Source: an uncultured Solirubrobacterales bacterium (GTDB lineage Bacteria; Actinomycetota; Thermoleophilia; Solirubrobacterales; Solirubrobacteraceae). From it: 64,000 nt of DNA. The position numbers were made by a program, and so were the translations under genes. Numbering within the stretch: position 1 is the stretch's first letter; each line of letters starts with the position of its first letter. The stretch is taken from positions 297,907-361,906 of the forward strand of contig CAVYMX010000001.1 in assembly GCA_963769695.1 (NCBI GenBank), given 5' to 3'. Positions 1 through 9,040 of this stretch are shown here, one piece after another. Under the pieces are notes generated by a model. The model was given only the letters and a program-made list of their open reading frames with translations. It was not told the DNA's origin and ran no database searches.

Positions 1-182
1 ATCATCCGGGTCGCGGGCGGCATATAGCCCACCGTCCAACGCGAACTGGGCACCGGTCCCCGCAGTGGCTGCCGATCAAGCGCCGCGACGAACACCCGCT
101 CCCCGGGGTCAACGACCTCAGCGCCCCGAGTCAGAGAAGAGCGGCCTGACTCGAGGCGCTAATCGAGGACTGACTTGCACGC

Positions 183-905
183 CTACGCGGCGAGCTGTGC
201 GTATAGGCCGGTGAGGTCACCTGAGAGCTGTGATTTGACTGCCCGGGTCGTGTCGTCGGCCAGGATCTCGAACGCACCGGCGCTGATCGCGTCGGCTGCC
301 TGGCGGGCGACATCGTCCGGGTCGGCCTTCGGGGCCGTGACGTTGGCGGCCATGTCGGTGTCCATGTACCCGACGTGCAGCGCGGTCACGATCGTGCCCT
401 GCTCGCGCAGCCTGACCCGCAAGGAGTTCGTCGCGGACCATGCTGCGGCCTTTGAGATCTCATAACCGCTCCCGAACGCGAGCCACGACAGAACCGACAG
501 CACGTTGACCATGGCGCTCCGCGGGTGGCGGCCGAGCGCGGGAGCGAACGCTCGTGCGACGCGGATGATCCCGAAGAGGTTCGTCTCGAGCTCGGCACGG
601 ATGTCGTCGAGCGGCGCCTCGAGCACCGGAGTCCTCAGGAGTACGCCGGCGTTGTTGACGACGATCGACACGTCGTCGGCCGCCCGGGCAGCCGCCGCGA
701 CCGACCGGTCATCGGCTACATCGAGGACGAGCGGAACGATCCGCGGGTCCTGCGGCGTTTGGGGCGAGCGCGAGGTGGCGTAAACCTTGGCGGCGCCGCG
801 GTCGAGCAGCTCCTGAACCATCGCGCGGCCAAAGCCGCGGTTGCCGCCGGTGACCAGCGCGACCGCGCCTTGGATCGGCGTGCCATGTGAATTGGTGTTT
901 GACAT
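183..905 (-). CDS. SDR family oxidoreductase
   Basis: TGGNRGFG Rossmann motif, NNAG, YEISK (YxxxK). ATG at 905 is preceded by an AAGGAAG SD. Confidence 0.9.
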   Translation of the reverse strand: MSNTNSHGTPIQGAVALVTGGNRGFGRAMVQELLDRGAAKVYATSRSPQTPQDPRIVPLVLDVADDRSVAAAARAADDVSIVVNNAGVLLRTPVLEAPLDDIRAELETNLFGIIRVARAFAPALGRHPRSAMVNVLSVLSWLAFGSGYEISKAAAWSATNSLRVRLREQGTIVTALHVGYMDTDMAANVTAPKADPDDVARQAADAISAGAFEILADDTTRAVKSQLSGDLTGLYAQLAA

Positions 906-928
906 CGGTGCTTCCTTTCGTCTGGTCG

Positions 929-2254
929 TCACGATGATGGCCGGCTCAGGGCCAGCGACGTGGTGGCTTGTGTTGTGGCAGTTCGATGATGCTCATCGAC
1001 TCGGCGCAGCTTCGGTCGGGTGCGCCAGGCTTCGAGCGCGACGAGGAGCGCGATCGCTGCGACGGCGCTGCCGAAGATCTCGAAGGTCGACTCCAGGGAG
1101 ATGTGCGTGACGAGTACGCCGGCGAGGACGGCGGGCACCGAAAGCGATCCGTAGGCGGCGACGAAGAAGGCGGCCATGACCGCGGCGCGGTGCTCGGGCG
1201 GGATGGCCGCCACGAGGCCACGGAGGCCGCCGAGGAACGCGGCGCCGAAGCCGGCGCCGCCGACGATCGACCCCACCAGGTAGGTGGCGCTGGAGTCGGT
1301 CGCCGCGGCGAGGACGATCAGCACCATTCCGGCGGCCAGCGCGATCGACCCGGTGCTCGCGGCGACCCAGGGGGGAGTCCGTGCGGTCAGGAGCTGGGCG
1401 AGGGTCGCCGAGCCGGCGAGCGCCACGATGCCGATCCCGGAGACGATCACGTTGGTCGAGTGGAACAGGTGCAAGGCGAGCTGGGGGCCGAGCGAGAAGA
1501 AGAGAGCGGCGATCGACCAGGAAGAGAGCACGGCCAAGGCGGCGAGCCTGAATTGGGGGCGGACCACTGAAGGGACCTTCGGCCGCTGGACGGCCAGCCG
1601 GAAGCCCGAGCGCTCGAGCACGGGCTCCGGCATCCAGTAGGCGGCGGTGAACGCAATCGCGGCGAGGACCAGTAACAGGGCGTAGGGCAGAACGCGCGGT
1701 TCCCACCCGATTCGGACGAGCGAGGAGGAGACGAGGATGCCGAGGCCGATCCCTGCAGTGGCCGCTGCGGCGTTGGTGAGCCCGACACCCGTCGGATCGC
1801 GGCGCGGATGCAGGTCCAGCAGCGCCGGGCTGGCGGCACTGAGCGCCGCCCCGGTGGAAACGCCTTGGATCCCGCGCGCTACGAACAGCCACGCCGGAGA
1901 GTCGGCGACGATGAACAGGACCGTTGCTGCCATCAGCCCGCCGAGCGCGACGAGCAGGACCGGCCGGCGGCCGACGTCGTCGGAGACGCCTCCGACGAGC
2001 AGCAGGCTCGCCAGCACTCCAAAGGCGTAAGTCGCGTAGATCAGGGTCAGTGTCAGCGGTGAGAAGTGCCACAGCACGCTGTAGGCGTGATAGAGCGGGG
2101 ACGGCGTGATCGAGGCGAACAGGCCGAGGCCGATCACGCTTGCGGCGAGCATGTACCCGAGCCGGTTCGGCAAGGCCCGGCGCCGCTCCGAAGGAGGCGG
2201 AACCGCGTGCAGCTGCGGCGAGGTGACGTCGGTTTGGGCGCTGACAGCGGACAT
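929..2254 (-). CDS. MFS transporter
   Basis: 441 aa, about 12 hydrophobic segments, motif A GGVSDDVGRRPVL. Confidence 0.9.
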   Translation of the reverse strand: MSAVSAQTDVTSPQLHAVPPPSERRRALPNRLGYMLAASVIGLGLFASITPSPLYHAYSVLWHFSPLTLTLIYATYAFGVLASLLLVGGVSDDVGRRPVLLVALGGLMAATVLFIVADSPAWLFVARGIQGVSTGAALSAASPALLDLHPRRDPTGVGLTNAAAATAGIGLGILVSSSLVRIGWEPRVLPYALLLVLAAIAFTAAYWMPEPVLERSGFRLAVQRPKVPSVVRPQFRLAALAVLSSWSIAALFFSLGPQLALHLFHSTNVIVSGIGIVALAGSATLAQLLTARTPPWVAASTGSIALAAGMVLIVLAAATDSSATYLVGSIVGGAGFGAAFLGGLRGLVAAIPPEHRAAVMAAFFVAAYGSLSVPAVLAGVLVTHISLESTFEIFGSAVAAIALLVALEAWRTRPKLRRVDEHHRTATTQATTSLALSRPSS

Positions 2255-2299
2255 GGCGTTGGCTCCAAGTGAGTTGCGTGAAGAAACGATGTGGGGACG

Positions 2300-2342
2300 G
2301 TAGCACGATCAGTTTCGTGATGCAACTAACTCGTGCTACGAT
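2300..2342. promoter_or_regulatory. Divergent promoter/operator between MFS and HxlR regulator
   Basis: Inverted repeat GTAGCACGA (2300-2308) / TCGTGCTAC (2331-2339) encloses AGTTTCGTGATGCAACT. TACGAT (-10-like) lies 6 nt before the HxlR ATG (leaderless). Confidence 0.55.
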
Positions 2343-2348
2343 GGGGCC

Positions 2349-2798
2349 ATGCTGCGAAACGACTACGAGGGACAGAATTGCTCGATCGCGCGGGCGCTGG
2401 AGATCGTCGGGGAGCGCTGGACGCTCTTGATCATCCGCGACGCGTTCCTCGGGCTGCGTCGCTTCGACCAGTTTCAAGAGAGCCTCGGGATCGCCCGCAA
2501 CGTCCTCGCCGACCGGCTCAACCGGCTCGTCGAGGAGGGCATCCTCGAGCGCGTCCGTTACAGCGAGCGCCCCGAGCGCTACGAGTACCGGCTGACCGCG
2601 AAGGGCCGCGACCTCGCGATCGCGCTCGCCGGCCTGCGGCAGTGGGGCGACAAGTACCTGAGCGAGAAGCCGCCTCGGATCACGCGCCGAAGGTCGGACA
2701 AGCAGCCCGTGATCGCGGCGTTCGTGCCGAAGGGCGCAGACGTCGTGCGCCCTAACGAGATCGAATCAGTTCCCGGTCCGGGGCTGAGGATAGTGTGA
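2349..2798 (+). CDS. HxlR family winged-helix transcriptional regulator
   Basis: CSIARALEIVGERWTLLIIRD and YEYRLTAKGRDL signatures. The last codons run into the purine tract, so the C-terminus is uncertain. Confidence 0.9.
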   Translation: MLRNDYEGQNCSIARALEIVGERWTLLIIRDAFLGLRRFDQFQESLGIARNVLADRLNRLVEEGILERVRYSERPERYEYRLTAKGRDLAIALAGLRQWGDKYLSEKPPRITRRRSDKQPVIAAFVPKGADVVRPNEIESVPGPGLRIV

Positions 2799-3138
2799 GA
2801 AGAAAAGGAGGAGAAAAAAAAAGGAGAGAAGGAAGAAGAAAAAAAAAAAAGAAAAAAAAAAGGAGGGAGAGAGGAAAAAAGGAAGGAAGGAAAAGAAAGA
2901 AAAGAGGAAGAGGAAGAGAGAATAGGGAGAGAAAAAGAGGAAGAGAAGGGAAAAGAAGAGGGAGGGAAAATAGAAGGAAATAAGGAGATGATAAGAAAGA
3001 TAAGAGAGGTAATAGAAATAGAAGAAAAAAAGGTAAGGGATGATGGAGGTATAAAAAAGATAAGAGAAATAGATGATGTGATAGATGAGGGAGATGATGG
3101 TGGGAGAAAAGGTAATGAGATAGTAGATAGTGAGGAAG
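2785..3138 (+). other. Low-complexity purine-rich tract (probable sequencing/assembly artefact)
   Basis: No C in 354 nt. Only A/G from 2797 to 2922, in a genome of about 70% GC. Confidence 0.8.
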
Positions 3139-3327
3139 CAGAATAAGAAGATGACTACGAAAGAGAGGTGGTAGCGGCGAAGAGCGACGACGACGACTAC
3201 AGCACAAGCTACAACGCCACTGGCACAACGCGACACAACGAGTCCAGCGCTCCGCGATAGACGCTCTCCAAGCACTGGATACAATAAATGATAGTTATCA
3301 GACAAGAAGCGCCTGATTCCTCCCGGC

Positions 3328-3361
3328 TTGACGCATGCCGATATCGGAATATGATTGCGCT
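3328..3361 (+). promoter_or_regulatory. Sigma70-type promoter with palindromic ArsR operator, leaderless start
   Basis: TTGACG-16 nt-TATGAT, ATG 6 nt downstream, perfect palindrome CCGATATCGG in the spacer. Confidence 0.65.
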
Positions 3362-3703
3362 ATGGCACGAGCAGCGACGACGTCGGACGTCTTCAACGCG
3401 ATCGCCGAGCAGCAGCGCCGGGAGATCCTGGTGCTGCTGCGGGCGGGTGAGGGGCCGGTGACCGAGTTGGCCGAGGAGCTGGGGATGACCCAGCCGGGGG
3501 CGTCCAAACACCTGCGGGTGCTCCGGGAGGTCGGACTGGTGCGGGACCGCAAGGCAGGCAAGCAACGCCTGTACGGCCTTGACGCCCGCGGGCTGCGACC
3601 GGTTCACGAGTGGACCGGCGGGTTCGAGCGGTTCTGGAACGAGAGCTTCGACCGGCTGGACGAGTACGTGCAGGACCTCAAGCAGGCAAGGCAGGAGGAG
3701 TAG
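3362..3703 (+). CDS. ArsR/SmtB family transcriptional regulator
   Basis: DVFNAIAE..RREIL, TQPGASKHLRVLREVGLV HTH. Upstream of an SRPBCC gene, as is typical. Confidence 0.9.
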   Translation: MARAATTSDVFNAIAEQQRREILVLLRAGEGPVTELAEELGMTQPGASKHLRVLREVGLVRDRKAGKQRLYGLDARGLRPVHEWTGGFERFWNESFDRLDEYVQDLKQARQEE

Positions 3704-3706
3704 CTG

Positions 3707-4213
3707 ATGAGCGCGACGGGACGAGGAGCGCCGGCGCAGTCCGCGACGGCCGACCGCGAGATCGTGATCTCCCGGGTCATCAGTGCCCCACGGGAGCTGG
3801 TGTTCGAGGCGTTCACCGAGGTGCGGCACCTGTCGCGGTGGTGGGGACCGGAGGGGTTCACCACCACGACGCGGGCGTTCGAGTTCCGCGTCGGCGGGGA
3901 GTGGGACTTCGTGATGCACGGACCGGACGGGACGGACTACCAGGAGTGGATCTCCTGGACCGAGATCGCCCCGCCGGAGCGGATCGCGCTGCTGCACGGT
4001 GAGTCCCGCGGCGACCCGAACGCCTTCGAGTCGGTCTTGACGTTCGCGCCCGACGGCGCGGCGACCCGGATCGAGATGCGCACGGTGTTCCCCACCAAGG
4101 AGCTGCGCGACGAGGCGGTCGAGAAGTACCACGCGATCGAGGGCGGCCAGCAGACCCTGAGCAAGCTGGCTGCCTACGTCAGCGAGATCGTTCGGAAGGG
4201 AGTTGAGGACTGA
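3707..4213 (+). CDS. SRPBCC (AHSA1-like) domain protein
   Basis: REIVISRVISAPRELVFEAFT..WWGP, GGEWDFVMHGPDG. GGAGGAG SD. Confidence 0.9.
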   Translation: MSATGRGAPAQSATADREIVISRVISAPRELVFEAFTEVRHLSRWWGPEGFTTTTRAFEFRVGGEWDFVMHGPDGTDYQEWISWTEIAPPERIALLHGESRGDPNAFESVLTFAPDGAATRIEMRTVFPTKELRDEAVEKYHAIEGGQQTLSKLAAYVSEIVRKGVED

Positions 4214-4795
4214 TGGCCGGGAAGGTGTTCTTCAGCGTGTCGATGTCGCTGGACGGGTTCATCGCGCCCGAGAGCGCATGGACGACCCGGAGGCATGATG
4301 GAAGGCGCAGTGGATGGAGCTGCAGCAGTGGATATTCCCGCAGCGGTTCTTCCGGGAGAGCCTGAAGCTCGGCGAGGGCGGCGAGGAAGGGCGCGACAAC
4401 GACATCGCGCGGGAGACGTTCGAGCGCACCGGCGCGAGCGTGATGGGCAAGCGCATGTTCGACGCCGGCGAGCAGATGTGGCCGGAGGAGGCGCCGTTCC
4501 ACACGCCGGTCTTCGTCGTGACGCACGAGAAGCGTGACCCTGGGAGCGGCCGGGCGGGACCACCTTCCACTTCGTCAACGACGGCATCGAGCCCGCGGTC
4601 GACCAGGCCCGCGAGGCCGCCGGCGACCGGGACGTCCGCATCGCGGGCGGCGGCGCACGACCTGGAGTACGTGAACGCCGGCCTGATCGACGAGTTCACG
4701 ATCGCGCTCTCACCCGTGCTGTTCGGCTCCGGAATCCGCCTGTTCGAGGGGGTGGACGCGGGCCGCGTGGCCCTGGAGCCGGTCCGCGCGGAGCG
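4213..4795 (+). pseudogene. Dihydrofolate reductase/RibD C-terminal family protein, frameshifted and 3'-truncated
   Basis: MAGKVFFSVSMSLDGFIAP start, MGKRMFD, GLIDEFTIALSPVLFGSGIRLF spread over different frames. Homology stops after EPVRAE. May be read error. Confidence 0.75.
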
Positions 4796-4940
4796 ACGCA
4801 GCGGTACCAGGCAAGCTGAGCGACTGTCGACTCGAGCGGACATCTCGGGTCGCTCACCGATCGACGTGGGACTCGGGGCCTGTGCAGGCACCGAACGGCA
4901 GACCACGGGCATGGCCGTTCGGGCCCCGACCTCGGGGGCG

Positions 4941-5381
4941 TCAGCCGATCCGCTGAGCCAGGGACACGATGATGCCCTCTGGCCCGCGCACGTAGGCCAT
5001 GCGCCAGATGTTCTGGTGCTGACCGATGCCGCCGACCAGGCCGTAGCCGTCCGCAGCCAGCCGGTCGACCGTCGCCTGCAGGTCGTCGACTTCGAATGCC
5101 ACGTTGCGCAGGCCTAGTTCGTTGGCCATGGCGGTGGGCGACCCTGGCTCGTGGTCCGGCCATACGAAGCTCGACAGCTCGAGCCCGGTGCCTCCCTCGG
5201 GCGGCCGGAGCACGACGATGTGACTGCGGGAGCCGGGGATGCCGGTGACGGTGTCGACAAACTCGCCCTCGACAAAGGTCCGGCCCTCGACCTCGAGGCC
5301 TAGCCCGACGAAGAACGCCGTCACCGTGTCGAGGTCGGCGACGGTAATGCCGATATGATCGAAACGTCGTATGTGCGACAT
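4941..5381 (-). CDS. VOC (glyoxalase/bleomycin resistance) family protein
   Basis: FDHIGITVADLD, GLRNVAFEVDDL, YVRGPEGIIV. GAAGGAGG SD. Confidence 0.9.
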   Translation of the reverse strand: MSHIRRFDHIGITVADLDTVTAFFVGLGLEVEGRTFVEGEFVDTVTGIPGSRSHIVVLRPPEGGTGLELSSFVWPDHEPGSPTAMANELGLRNVAFEVDDLQATVDRLAADGYGLVGGIGQHQNIWRMAYVRGPEGIIVSLAQRIG

Positions 5382-5664
5382 GAAGTAACTCCTCCTTCGG
5401 AGTGTCCGGGTGTGGTGGGCCGCGCCGCTCGAGGCCGCCTCACCTAGTGACCGGAGCCGGCCGGCAGTTCTCGACACGCAATCGCTCATCCAGTCCCGAT
5501 CATCGCGTGGAGGCCCAAGACGGCACACGCGAGCCGACGCAAGAGTAGGTCTCACACGCCTGCCGCCCGCGGACCTCCTCCTCGCGGTTCGCAGCGGTCG
5601 CCAGCTTCCACCACCAATCCGCCCAATCCCCAGCGGCCACGGGAGATTCCCACAAACGACACGA

Positions 5665-5738
5665 TGCCGGAGGAGGGACTCGAACCCCCGACACGCGGAT
5701 TATGATTCCGCTGCTCTAACCGACTGAGCTACTCCGGC
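5665..5738 (-). tRNA. tRNA-Met (CAT), elongator-type
   Basis: GCCGGAG acceptor stem, D arm GCTC-AGTCGGTTA-GAGC, anticodon stem GCGGA-ATCATAA-TCCGC, GTTCGAGT T-loop. No encoded CCA. Confidence 0.95.
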
Positions 5739-5818
5739 GAGGGACGGCCAGTCTAGCGTCGGGTCGCGCGTGGCTCACGCGTCGGTTCGTCGCTTCCGAT
5801 GCCGTGAGAGGCGCCTCA

Positions 5819-7024
5819 TCATCGCCGCAACGTGATCAGCGCGGCGTAGCGCGTCGTGCTCGCGCCCGCGAGGGTGAAGTTCGCCCAGACCTTCGTCGAG
5901 CGGCTGTGCGCCAGCAGTCGCCTGCCGCTCCTGAGCAGGTGGACGACGATGACCTTACGGCCGCGTGCGGCGATCTTGAATGTGGCGCTGCCGTAGGTGA
6001 TCAGCTTGGCCTTTGTCGTACTTGCGCCAGACGCGCGCCGGGCACCGGACACGGGTGCGTTCTGGAGTGCCAGCCGTCCGCTGCAAGCGGCACTCTCGGC
6101 GCACTGCAGCGCCAAGTCGGCATTGCCCGCGTGAACGGGGGCGATCCCGGTTCCGAAGTTGATCGGCAGGCCGCCGGCCCCAGGAGTCACCCCGCCACCG
6201 CCGCCTCCACCGCCACTCCCACCGCCGCCTCCAGCGCCACCGCCGCCGCCACCGCCGCCGCCACCGCCGCCCGTGCCGACGCCGCCGGGAGTGAATTCCC
6301 CATCGAGTGCGACGAAGAAGCCGCCGGTGTCAGTCGAGAAGCCGGGGACGATGGTGCTCGGTGTGGAGGTGTTCCATACGAAGTCGGCCGGTGCGCTCGA
6401 GTCGCCGGTGTAATACAGCGGGACCGGCACTCCCGGCGCTAGTACAGCCAGTCCGAGCGTGTCGAAGTCGGCGATCGTCGTGAGATCTTCCGGTCCCGGC
6501 GTCGGGTCCTCGACCACGGGCAGGTTCACCGGCACGGTCGAGATCGCGTTGGCCTGGGGCGTGAACACCTGGCTGCGTGCGACCGGGAAGCAGCACGCGT
6601 CATTGGGATGGCCCGGGGTGATCGTGTTCGAGTACAGCGAGCGCATCACCACGACCTGCATTGGCCCGGTCACCGGGCCGACGGCGACCTGGACCTGCGT
6701 GACGGTCCCGGTTCCCGGTGGCTCGAGCGAGATGTTGCGGCCGCCGGCAGCAGCGGTCTCGGCGGGCGTCGGGACGTGGATCCAGATGCACGAGCTCGCG
6801 GGTTGCCCGTCCGGCCCCGGCAACTCCAGCAGGCCGATAAACGGAGCGGCGTACTCCGAGCATCCGTAGCTGTAGGTCGGGGCCACGTTGAACGGCGCCG
6901 CCCCGAGGGGCAGGCCAAACGGCGTGGCGCCGGCTGGGGCGGCGGCGGCGCAGCTCACGGCGCCGAGCGCAGCGAGCAACCGCGCGGCTCGCCCTAGCGA
7001 TCCTCCTACGCCACCCATTGTCAT
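5819..7024 (-). CDS. Secreted hypothetical protein with poly-Gly linker and basic C-terminal domain
   Basis: Signal peptide ending PAGA, about 28-residue Gly tract, strong GC3 bias. Start uncertain. Confidence 0.75.
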   Translation of the reverse strand: MTMGGVGGSLGRAARLLAALGAVSCAAAAPAGATPFGLPLGAAPFNVAPTYSYGCSEYAAPFIGLLELPGPDGQPASSCIWIHVPTPAETAAAGGRNISLEPPGTGTVTQVQVAVGPVTGPMQVVVMRSLYSNTITPGHPNDACCFPVARSQVFTPQANAISTVPVNLPVVEDPTPGPEDLTTIADFDTLGLAVLAPGVPVPLYYTGDSSAPADFVWNTSTPSTIVPGFSTDTGGFFVALDGEFTPGGVGTGGGGGGGGGGGGAGGGGGSGGGGGGGGVTPGAGGLPINFGTGIAPVHAGNADLALQCAESAACSGRLALQNAPVSGARRASGASTTKAKLITYGSATFKIAARGRKVIVVHLLRSGRRLLAHSRSTKVWANFTLAGASTTRYAALITLRR

Positions 7025-7161
7025 CCGCACCCGACCCCGCATCCGTGTCACCCGCGTTGGCGGTAGCGAGACTCTAGAGGCACACGAGCATAAGATCCAG
7101 CGCCGATGCCAGACCTCGGCCCAGCAGTTCTCCTCGATGCGGGGCGATTCGTGGTTCAGGC

Positions 7162-8019
7162 GTGACCACGCTGCTGGCGATCCCAAACGTCTCCGAAGGC
7201 CGGGACGCGCCCAAGATCGACGCGATCGCAAGCGCGTTCGATGCGCGCCTGCTGGGCGTCCACAGCGATCCGGATCATCACCGCAGCGTGTTCACGCTCG
7301 CCGGCGAACCGGGGCAGCTGGCGCAAGCGGTCGTGCAGGGTGCGCGGCAGGCGGTGCAAACGATCGACCTGACCGGCCATCAGGGGCTTCACCCCCGGGT
7401 GGGAGTGATTGACGTGGCCCCGATCGTGTATCTGAGTGACGGCGATCGAGGGGCGGCGTGCGCGGAGGCGCTCGTGCTCGCCGACCTGATCGGGGACGAG
7501 CTCGAGCTGCCGGTGTTCCTCTACGGCCAGCTCGCCGGCGGCCGCACCCGGGCCGAGCTGCGGCGCGGAGGGCCGGCTGAACTCGCTCGAGCACTCGCCG
7601 CGCAGGAGATCCGGCCCGACTTCGGGCCGGGGATGCTTCACCGGACCGCCGGGGCGGTGCTCGTCAGCGCCCGACCGCCGCTGGTTGCCTTCAACGTCGA
7701 GCTTGCTCCTCCGGCCGGCGCTGGGCAGGCGCAGGCGATCGCCGCGCGGATCCGCGAGGGCGGTCCCGAGGGGCTCCCCGGGGTCCGCGCGATTGGGCTG
7801 TGGCTGGCGCAAAAGGGAGTCGCGCAGGTCTCGACCAACGTCGAGGATCACCGCACGACGCGACTGCGCGAGGTCGTGCAAGCGATCCGACGCCATGTGG
7901 AGGTGACCGAAGCGGAGCTCGTCGGCCTCGCTCCGCGGGCCGCGTTCGACGACTTTCCCACGGACGTTCCGGTGAGGAATCGGGCGACTTTGGAGGACGC
8001 CCTGCAAGCCACGGCGTAA
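7162..8019 (+). CDS. ftcD: Glutamate formimidoyltransferase
   Basis: IPNVSEGR, DPDHHRSVFT, HQGLHPRVGVIDV, QVSTNV motifs. Confidence 0.85.
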   Translation: MTTLLAIPNVSEGRDAPKIDAIASAFDARLLGVHSDPDHHRSVFTLAGEPGQLAQAVVQGARQAVQTIDLTGHQGLHPRVGVIDVAPIVYLSDGDRGAACAEALVLADLIGDELELPVFLYGQLAGGRTRAELRRGGPAELARALAAQEIRPDFGPGMLHRTAGAVLVSARPPLVAFNVELAPPAGAGQAQAIAARIREGGPEGLPGVRAIGLWLAQKGVAQVSTNVEDHRTTRLREVVQAIRRHVEVTEAELVGLAPRAAFDDFPTDVPVRNRATLEDALQATA

Positions 8020-8033
8020 GCTCCCGTAACACG

Positions 8034-8393
8034 ATGGCTCAAACAAAGCGCAAGCGCCGCAGCAAGCACCGCGGGACGGCGGCCGGAACGATCCAGACCC
8101 GCGGGCGGACCGGTCGGCCACCGACCGCCGACGAGCGGAAGAAGCAGGCGAAAGCGACCGCTCGCGAGCGCCGGCTGAACACTCCGCCAACGTGGAAAGG
8201 CGCGCTGACGCGAGCCGGCCTAGCGGCGTCGCTGATGTTCGTCTTCATCCTGATCACCACCAAGGGAGGCAACAAGATCAGCGCGGCCGTGGTGTTCGGG
8301 ATCTTCGCGTTTGCGCTGTACGCGGTCGCCGGCTACTACCTCGAGGTGTACCTGTACCGCCGCCGCCAGCGCAGGAAGGTGCAGCCGAAGTGA
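8034..8393 (+). CDS. Hypothetical membrane protein (basic N-terminus, 2 TM helices)
   Basis: MAQTKRKRRSKHRG start. Two hydrophobic helices. Stop overlaps the next start (GTGA). Confidence 0.75.
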   Translation: MAQTKRKRRSKHRGTAAGTIQTRGRTGRPPTADERKKQAKATARERRLNTPPTWKGALTRAGLAASLMFVFILITTKGGNKISAAVVFGIFAFALYAVAGYYLEVYLYRRRQRRKVQPK

Positions 8394-9040
8394 TCGATGC
8401 CCGGATGTTCACGGTGGGACCCGTGCAGGAGAACTGCTTCATCGTCCGCCAGCCAAGGTCCGACCGCGCGGTGATCATCGATCCGGGAGAGGAGGCCGAT
8501 CGACTGATCGAAGCGGTCGAGGCGCTGAAGATCAGCACCGTCGAGGCGATCATCCTCACGCACACGCATTTCGACCACATCGGCGCGGTGGCTCCCGTGG
8601 CGAGGGCGACTGGGGCCCCCGTCTATTGCCCGGCGCTCGAGAGGGCGGTACTCGCGAACATCATGGATTACGTTCCGTGGCCCGGGTTCGGTCCGTTCGA
8701 GAGCTACGACGCCGACCACCTCGTCGAGGGCGGCGAGACGCTTGACCTTGCGGGGCTGAGGTTCGATGTGCTGTTCACCCCGGGCCACAGCCCCGGTCAC
8801 GTGACGTACTCGATCAGGGACGAGAGCGCGCTGTTCTCGGGCGATGTGCTGTTTCAGGGGTCGGTGGGCCGGGTCGATCTCCCGGGCGGGGATTGGGGCA
8901 CGCTGCTGTCCTCGATCGAGTCGCTGATGAACGCCTTCGATCCGGAGACCACCGTTCATCCGGGCCATGGGCCGCTGACCACGCTCGGCCGGGAGCGCGC
9001 AACGAACCCGTTCCTGAGCGAGCTCGCCGCGAACCAGTGA
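8390..9040 (+). CDS. MBL-fold metallo-hydrolase (glyoxalase II/YcbL-like)
   Basis: THTHFDHIG, TPGHSPG, SGDVLF, PGHG. Usual position upstream of hisS. Confidence 0.9.
   Translation: MIDARMFTVGPVQENCFIVRQPRSDRAVIIDPGEEADRLIEAVEALKISTVEAIILTHTHFDHIGAVAPVARATGAPVYCPALERAVLANIMDYVPWPGFGPFESYDADHLVEGGETLDLAGLRFDVLFTPGHSPGHVTYSIRDESALFSGDVLFQGSVGRVDLPGGDWGTLLSSIESLMNAFDPETTVHPGHGPLTTLGRERATNPFLSELAANQ

Noticed and set aside
2752-3305. Phe/Leu-rich and Lys/Arg-rich ORFs across the purine tract
   Set aside because: By-products of low-complexity sequence with no codon bias typical of this genome
1-5665. Integrative island at the tRNA-Met 3' end
   Set aside because: No integrase and no duplicated tRNA 3' end visible in the window, so it cannot be supported
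6159-6413. Poly-Pro ORF
   Set aside because: Antisense of the poly-Gly linker of the 5819-7024 gene
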